NCBI RefSeq assembly: GCF_900143005.1
Contig: NZ_FRCS01000028.1
Span: 25,146 to 49,145 of the forward strand
DNA from: Cryptosporangium aurantiacum
GTDB taxonomy: Bacteria; Actinomycetota; Actinomycetes; Mycobacteriales; Cryptosporangiaceae
Direction of reading: 5' to 3'
DNA length: 24,000 nucleotides
Shown here: positions 6,893 to 11,448 of the stretch, one piece after another
How positions within the stretch are numbered: the stretch's first letter is position 1
Layout: every line of letters begins with the position of its first letter
The notes under the pieces: model-generated
The model's database searches: none
What the model saw: the letters and a program-made list of their open reading frames with translations, nothing else
Told to the model about the DNA's origin: nothing
Program-made: the position numbers and the translations under genes

Positions 6893-8671
6893 TCAGCTCC
6901 TGTCCTGCACCGATCCGGAACAAAAGGCAAGTGCCAATTCGGCAAGAGCCCGGCGTAGCTGCGATTTCTCGGCTACTTCGGCCAGTGTGCGGCCCTCCGC
7001 AAGCGCCCGGTCGACGGCCGGACGGTCGTAGGGCAGCGTGCGGGCGCCGTCGACCCCGGCGAATCGCTGCAGCGCCGTCGTGACCTCACGGGCCGGATCG
7101 CCCACGATCGGTCCGCGGCGGAGCCGGTTGACGACGACCTGGGGCTCGAGGATCGGTGCGACCTCCCGGAGCGACGCCAGGCCACGGATCAGCCGCTGCA
7201 GACCGACCGGGTCCGCGGTTCCGACCGCCAGCACGGTGTCGGCGGCCTCCAGCGCCGCGAGCGTGGCGCCGTTGCGGCGCGGAGCCGCGGTGTCATAGAC
7301 CAGTTCCTCGTCCTGCTCGAGGCTGAAGCCGCAGTCCACGACCGTGAGCGTGGTCAGCGCCCTGGCCTGCCGGAGCAGCTCGGTCATCGCGTCCGGGCCG
7401 ATCTCCGGCCAGCGCTCGGCGCGGCTGATGCCGGTGAGGACGCGAAGATGTGGAGTGACGGTCCGGGCGAGCGTTGCCAGCGTGCGAGCGTCGAGGCGGC
7501 CGGTGTCGGCCAGCCGGGCGGCTGACGCCAGCCCGGACGCCTCGTCGAGCAGGCCGAGGTGCTGCGCGACCACCCCGCCGTAGGTGTCCGCGTCCACCAG
7601 CAATGTGGGGACGCCGAGCCGCGCGGCTTCGTCAGCGAGGCCGACCGCGATCGTGGTGCGTCCGGGGGCGCCGGTCGGGCCCCAGACCGCGAGCACTTGC
7701 GGGTTGGGGTCTTTGCGGTCGCGGGTGGACACGATGTCCGAGGTGGGCCGGATAGCCGGCACCGTCCCGGGCTCGGGCCGCGCCCCGGGGCCGGGGCGCG
7801 CGGCGGGCTCGGGCCGCGCCCCGGGATTGGGGCGCGCCGCGGGGGCTGGGCGTACCGCAGGATCGGGCCGTGGGGCGGGGTTGGGGCGCGCCGGGGGCGC
7901 GGATCGGCCGGCGAGGCCGGGGCTGGGGCCACCGACGGCCCGGGCACCGCCGGGGCCCGAACCGGCTGGCGGCCGAGCACCACCGCCCGCACCGGCACCA
8001 CCGCCCGGGCCGAGACGGGGTGGCGGGTGAACACCGCTGTCCGGGCCGGAGCCGGTCGGCGGGTGAACACCTCCGCCCGGATCGGCGCCCGGGTGAGGTC
8101 CAGCTGATGGGCGGGCACCGTGTGGGGCGGTGCTGCCGGGCCGGTGGGAGCTGGGGTCCGGGCGCCGAGGATCGTTGTCTTCGGGGGTGGCGCGGCCGGT
8201 CAGGCGGGGGCGGGCGGGCGGCGGGGTGCCGTGGCCAGGGGCCCGCACCGGCCACGGCTGGGGCGGTGGTTCCGGAGCGCGGCCCGGCGGAGTGCGGTGG
8301 TGCGCCAACGCTGCGGCGGCGGCCCGCAACGCCTCGGCCACTGCAGCCGGTGTGGCGCCCGTGGGCAGGACGTGCGCGATGCCCAGCGTGCGCAGCCGAT
8401 CGCGCGCGGCTCCGTCGTCCGGATCAACGAGCCCCACGATCGCAACACCGCTCGCCGAGAGCCTGGTCAGCAGCGGCCGATCGAGATGGACCAGGTCAGC
8501 GGGCACTACCGCAGCCACCGCAACACCAGTGGCAGCCACCGCGAGCAGGTCCGCGGCCCCGGTGCAGCGGCGGACGACCGTGATACCCGAGCTGCCGCTC
8601 CCCCACGCGGCGACAAGCGCGGCCTCCCAGTCGTCGCCGTCGGTCACCACGGTCAGCACCGGCAGCGTCAT
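6893..8671 (-). CDS. TadZ/CpaE-like protein: N-terminal receiver-like domain, about 200 aa Pro/Gly/Arg-rich linker, C-terminal MinD/ParA-fold P-loop NTPase with degenerate Walker A
   Basis: The N-terminal roughly 125 aa alternate beta/alpha like a receiver or TadZ_N domain (LTVVTDGDD...ITVVRRC...VAAVV...VAIVGLVD...). The C-terminal domain has VLAVWGPTGAPGRTTIAVGLA (P-loop), LLVDADTYGG (switch / Walker A'), and TVVDCGF (Walker B). ATG 8671-8669 overlaps the TGA (8670-8668) of the upstream SAF gene. The ORF-track start 8686 is a GTG 5 codons further upstream. Confidence 0.78.
   Translation of the reverse strand: MTLPVLTVVTDGDDWEAALVAAWGSGSSGITVVRRCTGAADLLAVAATGVAVAAVVPADLVHLDRPLLTRLSASGVAIVGLVDPDDGAARDRLRTLGIAHVLPTGATPAAVAEALRAAAAALAHHRTPPGRAPEPPPQPWPVRAPGHGTPPPARPRLTGRATPEDNDPRRPDPSSHRPGSTAPHGARPSAGPHPGADPGGGVHPPTGSGPDSGVHPPPRLGPGGGAGAGGGARPPAGSGPGGARAVGGPSPGLAGRSAPPARPNPAPRPDPAVRPAPAARPNPGARPEPAARPGPGARPEPGTVPAIRPTSDIVSTRDRKDPNPQVLAVWGPTGAPGRTTIAVGLADEAARLGVPTLLVDADTYGGVVAQHLGLLDEASGLASAARLADTGRLDARTLATLARTVTPHLRVLTGISRAERWPEIGPDAMTELLRQARALTTLTVVDCGFSLEQDEELVYDTAAPRRNGATLAALEAADTVLAVGTADPVGLQRLIRGLASLREVAPILEPQVVVNRLRRGPIVGDPAREVTTALQRFAGVDGARTLPYDRPAVDRALAEGRTLAEVAEKSQLRRALAELALAFCSGSVQDRS
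7769..7840. repeat. In-frame 36-nt tandem duplication (2 copies, 32/36 identical) within the ATPase linker
   Basis: Copy 1 at 7769-7804 is gggctcgggccgcgccccggggccggggcgcgcggc. Copy 2 at 7805-7840 is gggctcgggccgcgccccgggattggggcgcgccgc. More degenerate copies follow up to about 7903. On the minus strand this encodes ARPxPxA-type repeats (…RPNPGARPEPAARPGPGARPEPG…). Confidence 0.85.
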
Positions 8672-9630
8672 CGATCCGCTCCCCACCGGCCCAGCGAAGC
8701 AGCCCGCTCCACTTCGCCCCCGCCACGCCCAGCGCCATCACCACCGTCGCTCCGGGCGCCCTCATCGCCCCCGCCACTTTCGTCACTGCCGCCGGTGCCG
8801 GCGCCCTCGTCGGTCGGGGCGGGCGGGGTGGCCGGCAGGCCTGTGCCGTCGGCACCGGCGGACGGCGCCCCATCCGACGGCGGTTCGCCGGACGGGGCTG
8901 CGTCGGACGGCAATCCGCCCGACGGCGCCCCCGCGGACGGCACCCCGCCCGACGGTGCGCCGGCGGACGGCACGCCGGCGGAGGGTGCGCCGGCGGACGG
9001 TGGGGCGCCGCATCCGTCGCCTGCGGCCCTCCCGGTCACCACGACGACGTCGATATCGGCCGTGCGCACCGCCCGCACCACATCGGCCGTGAGCTCGTCA
9101 GCCACCCGCACCACCAGCGCCGATCCCCCGCCGACCGCGGACCCGCGCACCGTGCTCTGCACGGTCACCGCCGCGAGCACCCGGGTCGTCTCCCCGCCGC
9201 GCGGCGTCGCGAACACGTCGACCCGGGCGCCGCGCCGTACCGTCGCCGGGACGTGCTGCGTGCTCACCGGGATGCTCACCTCGCTGCCGCAGACCCGGTC
9301 GATCAGCGCGGCACGCGGCAACAATTCTCCGGCCCCGACGTCCCGGGCCAACCGACGCCCGACCGGCTCCGGCCCATTCGCAGCCAAATATCGCGCGGCG
9401 TTCTCCGGTAACCGCACGCGCACGGCGACCAGGTCGTTCGACACCAACACCGTGCCGACGCCCAGATCACGCGCCACCGCCCAGACCTGCACGGTCCGGT
9501 CAGCCACCGCGAACAGCCGCGCGCCCGCCACCACCGAGCCCACCACCAAGACAACGCCGAGGACAACCCGCAGGTCGAGCCAGGAAGGGAGCCGCCGCCG
9601 ACGAGCCGGCGGTGAGACCGGAGCGGACAT
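8668..9630 (-). CDS. SAF-domain / CpaB(RcpC)-like protein with N-terminal membrane anchor and low-complexity C-terminal tail
   Basis: Arg-rich N-terminus followed by a TM helix (LRVVLGVVLVVGSVVAGARLF). SAF-type pattern VQVWAVARDLGVGTVLVSNDLVAVRVRLP, then a CpaB-like segment (GRRLARDVGAGELLPRAAL...GARVDVFAT). The last roughly 115 aa are Gly/Ala/Pro/Ser/Asp low complexity. ATG at 9630. Confidence 0.78.
   Translation of the reverse strand: MSAPVSPPARRRRLPSWLDLRVVLGVVLVVGSVVAGARLFAVADRTVQVWAVARDLGVGTVLVSNDLVAVRVRLPENAARYLAANGPEPVGRRLARDVGAGELLPRAALIDRVCGSEVSIPVSTQHVPATVRRGARVDVFATPRGGETTRVLAAVTVQSTVRGSAVGGGSALVVRVADELTADVVRAVRTADIDVVVVTGRAAGDGCGAPPSAGAPSAGVPSAGAPSGGVPSAGAPSGGLPSDAAPSGEPPSDGAPSAGADGTGLPATPPAPTDEGAGTGGSDESGGGDEGARSDGGDGAGRGGGEVERAASLGRWGADR
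8851..9009. repeat. 15-nt periodic in-frame repeat encoding about 10 tandem P-S-x-G-x pentapeptides
   Basis: Plus-strand motif ccNgacggNgcNcc recurs every 15 nt. The minus-strand translation is GAPPSAGAPSAGVPSAGAPSGGVPSAGAPSGGLPSDAAPSGEPPSDGAPSAGA (residues about 208-260 of the SAF protein). Confidence 0.8.
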
Positions 9631-9704
9631 CCGATTCCCTTCGGCCAGGCGCCACTAGCGCCGGAGGACGAGGATGGCAGGAACGGGCGACGCTGAACCT
9701 GGGT

Positions 9705-9729
9705 CGACGGCGAGAAACAATCGCCGTCG
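9705..9729. promoter_or_regulatory. Inverted repeat in divergent SAF/HTH intergenic region (candidate operator)
   Basis: CGACGGCGA (9705-9713) / TCGCCGTCG (9721-9729), a 9-bp perfect stem with loop GAAACAA, followed by GCGTTTAT. It lies in a 259-nt lower-GC divergent intergenic region that also has GGCGC-cacta-GCGCC (9648-9662) and CCACAG-N10-CTGTGG (9807-9828). Confidence 0.3.
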
Positions 9730-9889
9730 GCGTTTATCCGCGCTAATCGAGGCCACTAGATCTGCTCACATCGTCCCGTACCAGAAGCGACGCAGGTGCC
9801 AACTATCCACAGGTCCTAGTCGCTGTGGACGGGCCCAACCCGGGAGAGACATGGATGGCAAACTCAGGAGCGGGGTAGCGGGAGGTGAC

Positions 9890-10135
9890 ATGACGACCGA
9901 GCGGTTTCTCCAGCTCGCCGATGTCGCAGAAATCCTGAACATCTCGTCCTCGCAGACATACGCGCTGGTCAGGTCCGGCGACCTCCCTGCCATCAAGATC
10001 GGCGGGCGGGGTCAGTGGCGGGTGGAACGGGCCGAACTGGAGCGGTACATCGAGCGGATGTACAAGGAGACGCGCGATTTCGTCCGCTCGCACCCCTTCA
10101 CGTACACCGACAACACGGAGGAAGAACTCAGCTGA
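9890..10135 (+). CDS. Small excisionase/MerR-superfamily helix-turn-helix DNA-binding protein (81 aa)
   Basis: ATG 9890 is preceded by GGAGGTG (9881-9887). The HTH core is LADVAEILNISSSQTYALVRSGDLPAIKIGGRGQWRVERAELERYI. The ORF-track start 9674 adds 72 residues of low-quality, lower-GC sequence and is rejected. Confidence 0.85.
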   Translation: MTTERFLQLADVAEILNISSSQTYALVRSGDLPAIKIGGRGQWRVERAELERYIERMYKETRDFVRSHPFTYTDNTEEELS

Positions 10136-10140
10136 ACGGG

Positions 10141-10722
10141 TCATCGGGCGTGGACTGCCAGGAGAGCATCGAGCGGGATGCTGCGCACGGCGCGGACGGC
10201 GCCGACCCGACGCGCGTCCCCCGGTACGTGCTCCGCGAACTCCACAAAATCGCGTCCGACCCGATCGAACGTCCCGAACGCTGAGCGTCCCCCACGGAGT
10301 AACACCCTGATCGGCGCACGGTCACGCGCCAAGCGGCGCAGCGCGTAACGCAGGTCGAGCCGCGCTTCGACCGCGCCGGTCGTACCGGGCGCCGACGTGC
10401 GCCCCGGCAACCCACTCACGGCCACCACTGCGGTCAGCGGAATCAGGACGCTCCGCCCTGCGGGTCCGTCGAGCAGTATCCAATCCGGACCTACCCCGCA
10501 CACGGTCCCGGTTATCCGCTCGGATTCCACCGAGACCTCGACCGGTGCTCCGAGCGCGCCACGCAGCCGGTCGACCAGGCCGATCAGCGCGAACTCACGG
10601 CGGCTGCGGTCAGCGGCCTCGGCCGACATCTCCTCCCGGCGCAGCGCCTCGAACTGCGCGTCCGCGTCGGCGAACAGCGATTCCCAGCGTCCGTCCACCG
10701 CTCCACTGTCGCCGATCACCAC
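10141..10722 (-). CDS. Hypothetical protein with internally duplicated domain of about 60 aa
   Basis: High-GC3 ORF. Two halves align by eye (L..L..RL....AP..V...(G/F)GT...VG.D......IPL.A...AV). Start is uncertain: GTG 10722 or 10719 have no RBS, and GTG 10698 has a nearby GGAG. The stop is only 5 nt from the convergent HTH gene stop. Confidence 0.62.
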   Translation of the reverse strand: MVIGDSGAVDGRWESLFADADAQFEALRREEMSAEAADRSRREFALIGLVDRLRGALGAPVEVSVESERITGTVCGVGPDWILLDGPAGRSVLIPLTAVVAVSGLPGRTSAPGTTGAVEARLDLRYALRRLARDRAPIRVLLRGGRSAFGTFDRVGRDFVEFAEHVPGDARRVGAVRAVRSIPLDALLAVHAR

Positions 10723-10834
10723 GCTCGGCGACCGAGATTTCCACAGTCAGCGATCAAGCCCTTGCGCCGAGCTACCTTCCAGCCGTTTCCTAATGCAAAC
10801 GAAAGCAAACATAGGTAACAGCAAGGAGGGTGCC

Positions 10835-11365
10835 GTGAGGGTTCCCGTGGTGTGCCGTCCACCGGCGCTCGAGCCGCCCGCGGTGTCGCTCGTCCGACCC
10901 CCGACCGTGCAGGTTCGAGCGACGGTGCCGCCGGAGTTGCCGTTCGCGATCGACCGCCCACCGGAGCGTCCGCCGGAGGTGTCGTTCGGACCCCAGGCGA
11001 CGCCCCGGCACGCGCTGCCCGACCCTGCGGCGCACGCTCGCGCGCTCGTCCTCGCGTTGCTCGAGGTCCTGAGCGGACGCCGTCCCGAGCGCCAATTACG
11101 GGCGCACCTCACCGAAGAGGCGTACGAGCGCCTCTCCGGTCGGCTGCATCGCGCCCGTGCCCGCGCCGCGGCCGGCACGGCAACGATCCCCGGGCCGGCC
11201 GCCCGGACGCGCATCCATATCGGCCGGACGCTGGTGTGCGAACCGGCCGACGGCGTCGCCGAGGTCACGGTGCTGGCCAAGGTCGGCACCCGCACCAGGG
11301 CCATCGCGGTGCGCTTGGAAGGACTGGACGGTCGCTGGCGCTGCCCCGTCCTCACGATCCTGTGA
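10835..11365 (+). CDS. Rv3235-family protein (function unknown), 176 aa
   Basis: GTG 10835 is preceded by AAGGAGGG (10823-10830) with a 4-nt spacer. Pro/Arg-rich N-terminus, then LVLALLEVLSGRRPERQLRAHLTEEAYERL and a C-terminal beta-rich block (AEVTVLAKVGTRTRAIAVRLEGLDGRWRCPVLTIL), as I recall for the family named after M. tuberculosis Rv3235. Its position near secA matches mycobacterial synteny. Confidence 0.7.
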   Translation: MRVPVVCRPPALEPPAVSLVRPPTVQVRATVPPELPFAIDRPPERPPEVSFGPQATPRHALPDPAAHARALVLALLEVLSGRRPERQLRAHLTEEAYERLSGRLHRARARAAAGTATIPGPAARTRIHIGRTLVCEPADGVAEVTVLAKVGTRTRAIAVRLEGLDGRWRCPVLTIL

Positions 11366-11390
11366 CAGCGGTCTCACGAGCCGCCGAACC

Positions 11391-11430
11391 GATTGCATTT
11401 GGAAGGGCCATAGGCCTCGCAAATGCAATC
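11391..11430. terminator. Bidirectional stem-loop between convergent genes
   Basis: Perfect 11-bp AT-rich inverted repeat GATTGCATTTG (11391-11401) / CAAATGCAATC (11420-11430), enclosing a second small palindrome GGCC-ata-GGCC. It lies in the 83-nt gap between two convergent stops. Confidence 0.55.
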
Positions 11431-11448
11431 CGCTTCGCCGTCATCGAG

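Noticed and set aside
7703-9009. Short tandem repeats (15-nt and 36-nt periods) as a possible CRISPR or minisatellite locus
   Set aside because: The repeats are contiguous with no unique spacers, are far shorter than CRISPR repeats, preserve the reading frame of two well-supported genes, and encode Pro/Gly-rich peptide repeats. They are coding low-complexity repeats.
6893-9630. Calling this a Tad/Flp pilus locus
   Set aside because: Only CpaB-like and TadZ-like components are present. No TadA/CpaF, TadB/C, prepilin peptidase, Flp pilin or TadE/F genes are in the window, so a functional pilus locus cannot be claimed from this sequence.
9674-9889. Longer 153-aa version of the HTH ORF
   Set aside because: The upstream 72 codons lie in lower-GC sequence with poor codon bias and contain the palindromes expected of a promoter or operator region. 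ATG 9890 has a strong GGAGGTG RBS and gives the typical size of about 80 aa for this HTH family.
9890-10135. Excisionase-type HTH as a marker of a prophage or integrative element
   Set aside because: The window contains no integrase, recombinase, tRNA attachment site, flanking direct repeats or phage genes. The gene sits in a conserved chromosomal context, and small Xis/MerR-like HTH proteins are common stand-alone regulators in actinomycetes.
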